A DNA stretch of 64,000 nt, taken from assembly GCA_021295775.1 (NCBI GenBank), contig JAGWBS010000010.1:45411-109410 (forward strand), in the 5' to 3' direction. Under the pieces are notes generated by a model. The model saw only the letters and a program-made list of their open reading frames with translations, was not told the DNA's origin and ran no database searches. Position numbers and translations under genes: made by a program. The DNA comes from Pseudomonadota bacterium. Lineage in GTDB: Bacteria > Myxococcota_A > UBA9160 > SZUA-336. This document shows, in pieces, positions 12,853 to 20,857 of this stretch (its first letter is position 1; every line of letters begins with the position of its first letter).

Positions 12853-13739
12853 CGCGGCGACCAGCCCAGCTCCCGAAGTCTGCGGGGGTCTCCGCATGAC
12901 TCGGTCCGGTCGTCGGCGTGAGGCCGGTAGAGTTCGGGATCGACCGTCACTTCCGGACGAACCGTCGAACTCTGGATCAGATGCTCCATGACGCTGCGGA
13001 GCGAGCGAGCGCGCCCGCTGGCCACGTTGTAGACGCCGCCTGACTCGGCCCGTTCGAGCAGCAGCCTGTAGGCCTCGACCACGTCCCGCACGTCGCTGTA
13101 GTCGCGCCGGGCTTCCAGGTTGCCGACCCGCAGCCGCGGCGCCTGCCGGCCGCGCTCGATCCGGGCGAGCTGGCGGGCGAACGACGACTCCGCGTAGTCC
13201 CGACCCCGGCCCGGACCCGTGTGATTGAAAGGGCGCACGAGCACCACGTCCAGTCCGTCCCGCGCCTGCGCGAGCTGCGCGCGCCGCTCCGCGGCCACGC
13301 GCGTCGCCGCGTAGAGCGTGTGAGGATTCGTCGGTCCGGTCTCGGCGTGGGGAGGGGAGTGGGGCGGCCTATAGCCGTAAACCTCCCCGGAGCTAACCAG
13401 CAGCAGGCGCGCGTCGGGGGCGCCGTCGCGAGCGGCTCTGAGCAGTCCGTCGACGATCCGATAGTTGCTCCTCAGCGCCGCGAGCGGCTCGCGCGCGGCC
13501 AGAACCGGACTCGCCAGGGCCGCGAGATGGACGATCCGGTCCGGGCGCTTGTCCGAGAGCATTCGCCGCAGCCGCGCAAAGTCGAGCAGGTCGAGTTCGA
13601 CCCACTCGTCCGGCGGCCGCTGAGGCGAGGAACCCGGCAGGCCCGCGCCGATCACCCGCTCTCCCGCGGCCTGCAGCGCGGGCACCAGCCAAGACCCCAC
13701 GAAGCCCGCGGCGCCCGTGACCAGCGTGCCCCCCGTCAT
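12795..13739 (-). CDS. NAD-dependent epimerase/dehydratase (extended SDR)
   Basis: The internal ATG (MTGGTLVTGAAGFVGSWL) of track ORF 12795..15401 gives 314 aa. Rossmann GxxGxxG is present, but the catalytic region reads YAATR (Arg where Lys is expected). Confidence 0.85.
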   Translation of the reverse strand: MTGGTLVTGAAGFVGSWLVPALQAAGERVIGAGLPGSSPQRPPDEWVELDLLDFARLRRMLSDKRPDRIVHLAALASPVLAAREPLAALRSNYRIVDGLLRAARDGAPDARLLLVSSGEVYGYRPPHSPPHAETGPTNPHTLYAATRVAAERRAQLAQARDGLDVVLVRPFNHTGPGRGRDYAESSFARQLARIERGRQAPRLRVGNLEARRDYSDVRDVVEAYRLLLERAESGGVYNVASGRARSLRSVMEHLIQSSTVRPEVTVDPELYRPHADDRTESCGDPRRLRELGWSPRYALEDTLDELLDDWRSRG

Positions 13740-13799
13740 GCGCGGGAGCGTAGCAGGCGACGTGCTAACCTCCCACGCGGGAAACGGGGGGGACGGCCG

Positions 13800-14834
13800 A
13801 TGCACGTGGGTGTCGCCGGGCGCAACGCCGCCGGCAAGAGTCGCGTGGTGGAGTATCTGGAGCGGCGCAGCTTCTTCAGCGCGTCGCTCTCCGACGCGAT
13901 CCGGGAGGATCTGCGGGCCGAGGGGCTGGAGCCCACGCGCGATGTGATGATCGAGCGCGGCCGGGCGCTGCGGAGCGCCTACGGCCCCGCGGTGCTGGCG
14001 CAGCGCATCGAACGGCTGCTTCCGGCGGGACGGAACTGCGTGATCGACTCGATCCGTCACCCAGCCGAAGTGGAGGAGCTGCGCCGCGCAGCGGGCTTCA
14101 AACTGCTGTGGATCGAGGCCAGTCCCGAGGTCCGCTTCGAGCGCAGCCGGTCGCGGGCGCGGCCGGGGGACGCCGAAAGCCTCGCGGCTTTTCTCGCCCA
14201 GGAGGAGCGGGAGCTCGGAAGCGACGACGACGCCGCCCAGCAGCTCCTGCGGGTGGCCGATCTGGCCGACGAAACCCTGACCAACGACGGCTCCCTGGCC
14301 GAACTGGAGAGCCAGGTCGAGCGCTTCGTGGCGGACAACCTTTTTTTTGAACAGCGGCCGCCGTGGGACGAGTACTTCATGAACATCGCCCACGCGGCGG
14401 CCACGCGTTCGAACTGCGTCAAGCGCAAGGTGGGGGCGATCGTGGTGGTCGACCGGCGGATCGTTTCGACCGGTTACAACGGCACCCCGCGGGGGACCCG
14501 CAACTGCAACGAGGGCGGCTGCCCGCGCTGTGCCGGGGCGGCGCAGAGCGGAGCGCGCCTGGACGAATGTCTGTGCAGTCACGCCGAGGAGAACGCCATC
14601 ACCCAGGCGGCTTACCACGGCGTGGCCGTGCGGGGCGGGGCGATCTACAGCACCTTGTCGCCCTGTCTGACCTGCGCGAAGATGATCATCAACGCGGGAA
14701 TCGAAGAGGTGGTCTTCGACGCCGCCTACGGCATGGAAGAGGTGGTCTCGCAACTCTTCACCCAGGCGGGCGTGAAACTGCGCAGGCGGGGCGCCGACTC
14801 CGACGCTCCCGCCCCCCCGGAGTCCTCCGGGTGA
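13800..14834 (+). CDS. P-loop kinase-like domain fused to deoxycytidylate (dCMP/CMP-type) zinc deaminase
   Basis: 344 aa from the ATG at 13800, in frame with ORF 13221..14834. Walker A GRNAAGKS is at aa 7-14. The C-terminal half has HAEENA and PCLTCAKMI zinc motifs plus an extra CPRC/CLC cysteine cluster typical of dCMP deaminases. Confidence 0.85.
   Translation: MHVGVAGRNAAGKSRVVEYLERRSFFSASLSDAIREDLRAEGLEPTRDVMIERGRALRSAYGPAVLAQRIERLLPAGRNCVIDSIRHPAEVEELRRAAGFKLLWIEASPEVRFERSRSRARPGDAESLAAFLAQEERELGSDDDAAQQLLRVADLADETLTNDGSLAELESQVERFVADNLFFEQRPPWDEYFMNIAHAAATRSNCVKRKVGAIVVVDRRIVSTGYNGTPRGTRNCNEGGCPRCAGAAQSGARLDECLCSHAEENAITQAAYHGVAVRGGAIYSTLSPCLTCAKMIINAGIEEVVFDAAYGMEEVVSQLFTQAGVKLRRRGADSDAPAPPESSG
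14341..14348 (+). repeat. T8 homopolymer (codons CTT TTT TTT) at the kinase/deaminase domain junction
   Basis: Read directly. It is the only A/T run of 7 or more that I saw in the window. The -1 frame reads TGA at 14348-14350. Confidence 0.95.
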
Positions 14835-14836
14835 CT

Positions 14837-15232
14837 TCAGTCCCGCATCAGCGACGGATCGAGATAGAAGATCTCGAGTAGGTGACCGTCGGGGTCGCGG
14901 AAGTAGACCGAGCGCCCGTCCGAACGGTCGTAGGGGCCTTTCTCGAGCGCCACGCCGCCGTCCCGAAGCTGCTCCGCCCAGGCGTCCACCCGCTCCGGAC
15001 GATCGACGCGGAACCCGAAGTGCTCGAACCCCTGGCCGGACCCCGGCTCGCCCCGCGACAGGCCCAGGAGATCGCCGCCGGCCGACAGCCAGACGGTCGA
15101 ACCTTTCGAGAAGGCGGTTTCGAAGCCCAGCGCTTCGCGGTAGAACTCGAGCGCGCGGTCGAGGTCGCCGACCGTGAGGTTCAGGTGTTGCAGTCCGGCG
15201 ACGCGCAGGCGCATGAAATCGGACGCTCGCAC
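14837..15232 (-). CDS. VOC (glyoxalase/bleomycin resistance/dioxygenase) family protein
   Basis: 131 aa with HLNLTVGDLDRALEFY...HFGFRV...FRDPDGHLLEI, a typical VOC fold signature. The start could be the second Met at 15214. Confidence 0.85.
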   Translation of the reverse strand: MRASDFMRLRVAGLQHLNLTVGDLDRALEFYREALGFETAFSKGSTVWLSAGGDLLGLSRGEPGSGQGFEHFGFRVDRPERVDAWAEQLRDGGVALEKGPYDRSDGRSVYFRDPDGHLLEIFYLDPSLMRD

Positions 15233-15315
15233 ACGTCCGGGGGCGTTGCAAATGCGCGCTTGGACGAGGTGGCGTCGCCTGGTCGGAGCAGGCAGACTCA
15301 GGTTCGGGAGGAACC

Positions 15316-16482
15316 GTGGCCGAAGAGATTCGCAAGATCCTCGTAGTCGACGACGAGCCCGACCTCGAAAACCTCGTACGCCAGCGCATGCGCCGCGACA
15401 TCCGAGCCGGCCGCTACGAGTTCACCTTCGCCGGCAACGGGGTCGAAGCCCTGGAGAAGCTGAAGGCGGACCCGACTCTCGAGATGGTGCTTTCCGACAT
15501 CAACATGCCCCAGATGGACGGGCTGACGCTGCTCGACCAGATCCCCCAGGTCGATCCCAATGTCCGGGCGGTGATCGTTTCGGCCTACGGAGACATGAAG
15601 AACATCCGCACGGCCATGAACCGGGGCGCGTTCGATTTCATCACCAAGCCGATCGACTTCGACGACATGAAAGTGACCATCGATCGGACCCTGCGCCACC
15701 TCGACCTGATGCGCGACGCCCTGCGCTCGCGCGACCAGCTGGTGGCGGTGCGCAGAGAGATCGGCGTCGCCCACGATATTCAGAAGTCGATTCTGCCCAC
15801 CGTGTTCCCCTCCAAACCCGGCTACCAGATCTTCGCGGACATGGTGCCCGCCCGCGGAGTCGGGGGCGATTTCTACGACATCGTGCAGCTCGACAGCGGC
15901 CGCATCGGCCTGGCGATCGCCGACGTATCCGACAAGGGCGTGCCGGCTTCCCTGTTCATGATGGCCAGCCGCACTCTGCTCAAGGGCGCGGCCATCGGCA
16001 CGGGCGCTCCGGGCAAAGTTCTGGAAGAGGTCAACGACCTGCTCGAGCAGGAAAACGAAGCGTCCATGTTCGTGACCGTCTTCTATTCGATCTTCGACCC
16101 GGAGAGCGGCCAGCTCAGCTACGCCAACGGGGGTCACAATCCCCCGCTGCTGGTCCACGCCGACGGCAGCTCGGAGCTTCTGCCCCAGACCGGGGGAATG
16201 GCGCTGGGCGTGATGCCGGAACTGCCCTACAAGGAGGACAGCGTCCATCTCGCCCCCGGCGACGTCGTGGTTTTCTACACCGACGGCGTCACCGAGGCGG
16301 AGAACGAAGAATCCGAGGCCTTCGAAGTCGAGCGACTGCAAGCCATCTTCGAAAATCCCCCGGCCAACGCCAAGGAGGCTACCGCGGCCGTCTTCGAGGC
16401 GGTCAACGACTTCGCGGGCAGCGCCGACCAGTTCGACGACATCACTTGCCTGGTTCTCCACTACGTGGGGCCGAGCGCATGA
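15316..16482 (+). CDS. response regulator receiver fused to PP2C/SpoIIE-type phosphatase (RsbU-like)
   Basis: 388 aa. REC motifs ILVVDDEPD and SDINMPQMDG. PPM motifs GGDFYD and FYTDGVTEA. GTG start is preceded by GGGAGGA. Confidence 0.9.
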   Translation: MAEEIRKILVVDDEPDLENLVRQRMRRDIRAGRYEFTFAGNGVEALEKLKADPTLEMVLSDINMPQMDGLTLLDQIPQVDPNVRAVIVSAYGDMKNIRTAMNRGAFDFITKPIDFDDMKVTIDRTLRHLDLMRDALRSRDQLVAVRREIGVAHDIQKSILPTVFPSKPGYQIFADMVPARGVGGDFYDIVQLDSGRIGLAIADVSDKGVPASLFMMASRTLLKGAAIGTGAPGKVLEEVNDLLEQENEASMFVTVFYSIFDPESGQLSYANGGHNPPLLVHADGSSELLPQTGGMALGVMPELPYKEDSVHLAPGDVVVFYTDGVTEAENEESEAFEVERLQAIFENPPANAKEATAAVFEAVNDFAGSADQFDDITCLVLHYVGPSA

Positions 16483-16907
16483 GCCGGCGGATCTCCCTGC
16501 GCCTCGAATCGCGGCCCGAAGAGCTGAGCCGGATCGAAGCGGCGGTCGAGGACATGGCGGTTTCCGAGGACTGGCCGCAGGACTTCACCTTCCGGATCCA
16601 GCTGGCCCTCGAGGAACTGATCGTCAACGTCATCAACTACGGTCACTCGGAGGAGAACCCCGAGGGTCACGAGATCGAAGTCGAGATGCGCTCGGACGAG
16701 GAGGCCCTGACCATCGAGATCGTGGACGACGGCCAGCCTTTCGACCCAGTTAACGATGCTCCCAAGCCCGACATCGACGCCGGGATCGAAGACCGTCCCA
16801 TCGGCGGCCTCGGCGTCTTCCTGGTGCAGAAGATGATGGACGAGATGCGCTATCGGCGGGACGGGGACCGGAACCGCCTGACCCTCGTCAAGCGGAAGGG
16901 AGAATGA
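16479..16907 (+). CDS. anti-sigma regulatory factor, RsbW-type serine kinase (HATPase_c_2)
   Basis: 142 aa. N-box-like EELIVNVINYG, then IVDDGQPFDP and GGLGVFLV. ATGA overlaps with both neighbours. Confidence 0.85.
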   Translation: MSRRISLRLESRPEELSRIEAAVEDMAVSEDWPQDFTFRIQLALEELIVNVINYGHSEENPEGHEIEVEMRSDEEALTIEIVDDGQPFDPVNDAPKPDIDAGIEDRPIGGLGVFLVQKMMDEMRYRRDGDRNRLTLVKRKGE

Positions 16908-18094
16908 GAGGACGGGGCTCTGCCTGGACCGGTCGGGCGCTGCTGGCGGGCGCTCTCGCGCTCGGACCGTCCGCCGCCGGCCGCGCCGACGAAATGGGGG
17001 TTTCGGAGGACCGGATTCTCTTCGGCCAGTCCGCGGCCTTCAGCGGCCCGACTCAGGAGCTGGGCAAGGACATGCGGCTGGGGATCGAAGCGGCCTTCGC
17101 GGAGGCCAACTCGCGCGGAGGCGTCCACGGGCGCAGGCTGGAGCTGGTGAGCCTGGACGACGGCTATGAGCCGGAGAGGGCTATCGCCAACACGCGCCAG
17201 CTGATCGAGGAGGAGGATGTCTTCGCGCTGATCGGCGCCGTCGGCACGCCGACCTCGCGCTCGGCCACGCCGATCGCCGCCGCCGCGGAGGTTCCCTACC
17301 TCGCGCCTTTCACCGGCGCCGAGTTCCTGCGCGAGGCGCGCTGGCCGAACGTGGTCAACCTGCGCGCCTCTTACTACCAGGAAACCGCGGAGATGATCGC
17401 GCGCCTGACCGAGGACCGCGGTATCCAGAGAATCGCCGTGATGTACCAGGACGACTCGTACGGCCGCGCCGGCTACCGCGGCGTGCGGCGAGCCCTTGAC
17501 CGGCTGGAGATGGAGCCGGTCGCGATCGGCGTCTATCCGCGCAACACCACGGCCGTCAAAGCGAGCCTTCTGGACCTGCGGCGCGGAAATCCACAGGCCG
17601 TGATCGTGATCGGCGCCTACCAGCCGGTCGCGGCGTTGATCGCCTGGTCCAGGCACACGGGTTTCGATCCGGTTTTCATGACGGTCTCCTTCGTGGGCAG
17701 CAACGCCTTGGCGCGGGAGCTCGGCTCCGGTGGCGCGGGCGTATTCGTCACCCAGGTGGTGCCGTTTCCCACGGCCACCGATCCGCCGGTGGCCGTGGCG
17801 TATCGCAGCGCGCTCGCGGTCCGCGCGCCCGAGGCCGTCCCGGGCTTTGTTTCCTTCGAGGGCTATCTGGCCGGGCGCCTGGCGGTCGCCGCGCTCGAAC
17901 GCTGCGGCCCGGACGTCGACCGGGCGAGCTTTCTCGAAAGCTTGCGCAGCGCCGACGTGATCGACATCGACGGATTCCAGCTCCGCTACGGCGCCGGCGA
18001 CAACCAGGGCTCCGACGCCGTCTTTCTCACCGTGATCGGCAACGACGGGCGCTACCAGCCGATCCGGAGCATCGAAACCGGCGCGGGATCATGA
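16904..18094 (+). CDS. periplasmic binding protein, Leu/Ile/Val-binding (Peripla_BP_6) family
   Basis: 396 aa. Signal-like N-terminus, then ILFGQSAAFSGP..LG..GIEAAF..N..GGVHGRRLELVSLDDGYEP. No ABC permease or ATPase genes lie nearby. Confidence 0.85.
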   Translation: MRGRGSAWTGRALLAGALALGPSAAGRADEMGVSEDRILFGQSAAFSGPTQELGKDMRLGIEAAFAEANSRGGVHGRRLELVSLDDGYEPERAIANTRQLIEEEDVFALIGAVGTPTSRSATPIAAAAEVPYLAPFTGAEFLREARWPNVVNLRASYYQETAEMIARLTEDRGIQRIAVMYQDDSYGRAGYRGVRRALDRLEMEPVAIGVYPRNTTAVKASLLDLRRGNPQAVIVIGAYQPVAALIAWSRHTGFDPVFMTVSFVGSNALARELGSGGAGVFVTQVVPFPTATDPPVAVAYRSALAVRAPEAVPGFVSFEGYLAGRLAVAALERCGPDVDRASFLESLRSADVIDIDGFQLRYGAGDNQGSDAVFLTVIGNDGRYQPIRSIETGAGS

Positions 18095-20250
18095 TCGAGC
18101 GGCTCAAACGCCTGCTGGCAGAACGTTTCCGCCTCGCGGCCCAACTCTACGTCGGGTTGGGCGGCGGCGTCGCCCTCACCCTTTTCGCCAGCCTGGTCGG
18201 CTTGTGGTCCTTCAACCAGGTGGACAATTCCCAGAGCCGGGTGAGCGAGGTCAGCGTCCCGGAGATGGTGGCCGCGTTCTCGGTGGCGCAGCAGAGCGGC
18301 ACGCTGGTGGATGTGGCCCCGCGGCTGGCGGCGGCCGCGACGCCCGAAGAGTTCGATCGCGCCATGGAAGGTGTCGCCGGGGAGCGGGAGAGATTCGCGC
18401 GGCAACTGGCCAGCTTGACCGAGCTGGCTGGAGAGGAGGATCACATCGGGCGCATCCGCGAGCGCGGAACCGCCCTGACCGAGAACATCGATGCGGTAGA
18501 GGACTCGGTGGCCATGCGCTTCGCGCTGGCGGAGCAGACCGAAGCGCTGCGCCTCGAGCTGGTCGAGCTGCAGAGCAGGCTCGAGGATCTTCTGCTGCCC
18601 GCCATCGACGATCAGCTCTTCTACACGGCCACGGGGTACTGGGCTCTGGGGAAAGCCCCGGCGCCCCAGGCCGAGCATTTCTCGGCAGCGGAGATCAACC
18701 GTTACCGCCACCTGGCCCAGCTTCTGTCGGACGCCTATATCGAGTCCCAGCTGCTGGCGAGCACGTTCAGTCTCTCGGACGCCCCCCAGATCGAACCGCT
18801 GCGGGAGCGCTTCGAGTCCACCGCCAGTGGAATCGAGCGCAGCCTGCTGGCCCTGGCCGGCAGTGATCTGCACCGCGAACTGGCTCCCGCATTCGATCGC
18901 CTGCTGGAGTTGGGACACGGCGAACAGGGCGGGTTCGATCTGCGTACCCGCGAGATTCAGCTGACGGAGCACCAAAGGGAACTGCTGGCTCGCAACCGGG
19001 ACCTCGCCATCGAACTGGTCGCCGCGGCGGAGGGAGTGGTGAACGCGGCCAACACCAGTACCCAGGAAGCCACCCACGCCTTGTCCCAGACGACCGCCAC
19101 GGGCCGCAACCTGCTGCTGGGACTGAACCTGTTCGTCATCGTCAGCGCGGTGCTGATCGCCTGGCTCTTCATCGGCCGGTTCCTGTTGCGGCGTCTCGAG
19201 CGGCTCTCGGACCGCATGCGCCGGATGGCCGACGGGGACCTGGAAGCCGAAGTGGATATCCATGGACAAGACGAGGTCGCGGACATGGCCGCGGCGCTCG
19301 AGGTCTTTCGGCGACACGCTCTGGAGGTCCAGCGCCTGAATCTGGTGGAGAAACTGGCCGAGGAACTGCAGGGGAAAAACGTGGAACTGGAGAAGGTGCT
19401 GGAGGACCTGCGCCAGGCCCAGGACCAGATCGTCAAGCGCGAGAAACTGGCCGCGCTGGGCGAGGTCACCGCGGGGGTGGCGCACGAGATCCAGAACCCG
19501 CTGAACTTCGTGAAGAACTTCTCGGAGGTCTCGAAGGAGCTGGTGGAGGAGCTGAACGAGATCCTGGAAGAGGTCAGCGGGGAACTCAACGACGAGCAGC
19601 GTGACCTGGTCCAGGAAATCCGCGGCGATCTGTCGGGCAATCTCGACCTGATCCGAAAGCACGGAGAGCGCGCCAACCGGATCGTGCACGACATGCTGTC
19701 GATGGGGCGCGGAGGCGGCGAACCGCGTGCCACCGACATCAATCTCCTGCTGCAGGAATACGCCCGCCTGGCCTATCACAGCGCGCGGGCGACCGATTCG
19801 AACTTCCAGCTCACGATCGAGGAGGATCTCGATCCGGAAGTGGGCGAGCTGGAGGTCATCCCCCAGGACCTGAGTCGGGTCTTCCTGAATCTGGCGAGCA
19901 ACGCCTGCTACGCCACCGACGAACGGCGCGCCGGCTCGGATTCGGGCTACGTGCCCACGCTGTCTCTGATCACGCGGCGCGGGGAAGACGGAGTCGAGAT
20001 CCGCGTGCGCGACAACGGCGGCGGCATCCCGCCCGAAATCGTCGAGAAGATCTTTCAGCCCTTCTTCACCACCAAGCCCACGGGGACGGGTACCGGGCTG
20101 GGACTCGCGCTCTCGCACGACATCGTGCGACAGCACGGGGGGAGCCTGCGGGTGGAGACCGAGGCGGGCGAGTTCACCGAGATGATCGTCGCGCTGCCCG
20201 CGGTAAGTCCGGCCTTCGAGGCCGCGGAAGTCACGGAAGCCGAGCAGTAG
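18091..20250 (+). CDS. membrane sensor histidine kinase (2 TM, large helical periplasmic region, HAMP, HisKA, HATPase_c)
   Basis: 719 aa. HAMP around RLSDRMRRMADGDLEAEV..DEVADMAAALEVF, H-box AGVAHEIQNPLNFV, and N/G boxes NACYAT and GTGLGL. Confidence 0.9.
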   Translation: MIERLKRLLAERFRLAAQLYVGLGGGVALTLFASLVGLWSFNQVDNSQSRVSEVSVPEMVAAFSVAQQSGTLVDVAPRLAAAATPEEFDRAMEGVAGERERFARQLASLTELAGEEDHIGRIRERGTALTENIDAVEDSVAMRFALAEQTEALRLELVELQSRLEDLLLPAIDDQLFYTATGYWALGKAPAPQAEHFSAAEINRYRHLAQLLSDAYIESQLLASTFSLSDAPQIEPLRERFESTASGIERSLLALAGSDLHRELAPAFDRLLELGHGEQGGFDLRTREIQLTEHQRELLARNRDLAIELVAAAEGVVNAANTSTQEATHALSQTTATGRNLLLGLNLFVIVSAVLIAWLFIGRFLLRRLERLSDRMRRMADGDLEAEVDIHGQDEVADMAAALEVFRRHALEVQRLNLVEKLAEELQGKNVELEKVLEDLRQAQDQIVKREKLAALGEVTAGVAHEIQNPLNFVKNFSEVSKELVEELNEILEEVSGELNDEQRDLVQEIRGDLSGNLDLIRKHGERANRIVHDMLSMGRGGGEPRATDINLLLQEYARLAYHSARATDSNFQLTIEEDLDPEVGELEVIPQDLSRVFLNLASNACYATDERRAGSDSGYVPTLSLITRRGEDGVEIRVRDNGGGIPPEIVEKIFQPFFTTKPTGTGTGLGLALSHDIVRQHGGSLRVETEAGEFTEMIVALPAVSPAFEAAEVTEAEQ

Positions 20251-20252
20251 GA

Positions 20253-20279
20253 CCCGGGACGGGGCGGCGCCCTCCCGGG
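20253..20279. terminator. GC-rich inverted repeat between convergent genes (possible bidirectional terminator)
   Basis: CCCGGGA (20253-20259) and TCCCGGG (20273-20279) are exact reverse complements, with further inner GGGC/GCCC pairing. It sits between the HK stop (20250) and the STAS stop (20292). There is no U-tract. Confidence 0.4.
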
Positions 20280-20291
20280 AGACGAATTCGC

Positions 20292-20669
20292 TCAGCCGCG
20301 CAGCGCGGCCAGAGCTTCCGCCCGGGAGGCGTGCAGGGCGAGGATCTGATCAAAGCCGCTGGTCTCGAAGACCTCGCGGATCGGTGCCTGAAGCGAGCAC
20401 AGCGCGAGCTTCGCATCCCGTTTGCGCAGGTCTTTCGCCACCAGCAGGATGACTCGAAGGCCCGCGCTGCTGATGTAGGAGAGATCCTCCAGGTCCAGCA
20501 GGACGGCTCCGGCCTCGTCGTCGATCGCGGCGCTGAGTTCGCTCTGGAACTCGCGGGCGTTGAGCGCGTCGATGCGGCCTTCCGGCCTCGCGATCAGGAC
20601 TTCATTCTCGCGCGCTGTATTCAACGGCACCTTGGCTCCTCCCGCTGTCATCCTGACCCGCTGCGTCAT
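20292..20669 (-). CDS. STAS-domain anti-sigma-factor antagonist (RsbV/SpoIIAA-like)
   Basis: C-terminal ~120 aa of track ORF 20292..20837: LIARPEGRIDALNAREF...LLDLEDLSYISSAGLRVILL, with a conserved phosphorylatable Ser context. I place the start at Met 20669; Met 20651 is an alternative. Confidence 0.8.
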   Translation of the reverse strand: MTQRVRMTAGGAKVPLNTARENEVLIARPEGRIDALNAREFQSELSAAIDDEAGAVLLDLEDLSYISSAGLRVILLVAKDLRKRDAKLALCSLQAPIREVFETSGFDQILALHASRAEALAALRG

Positions 20670-20857
20670 CGCGACTACTGCGCCACCGGCGTCCCCGGCA
20701 AAAGGGAGAGAGCATAGCAATGCCGGCCCTCGATCTTCTACCCTAGCACGAGAGCCCGTGCCCTTCGAACGACCGGCTCGCCCGGCATCGGTCCCGCGCC
20801 CGCGGGAGTTCTGGTCTCCGCCCGGGCCGAGAGACATCCCGTCGAGGAGCCGATTCA

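Noticed and set aside
20331-20717. 128-aa ORF antisense to the STAS gene, and other 60-200 aa ORFs nested in annotated genes.
   Set aside because: No motifs and shadow-like composition, and each is fully contained in a better-supported gene on the other strand.
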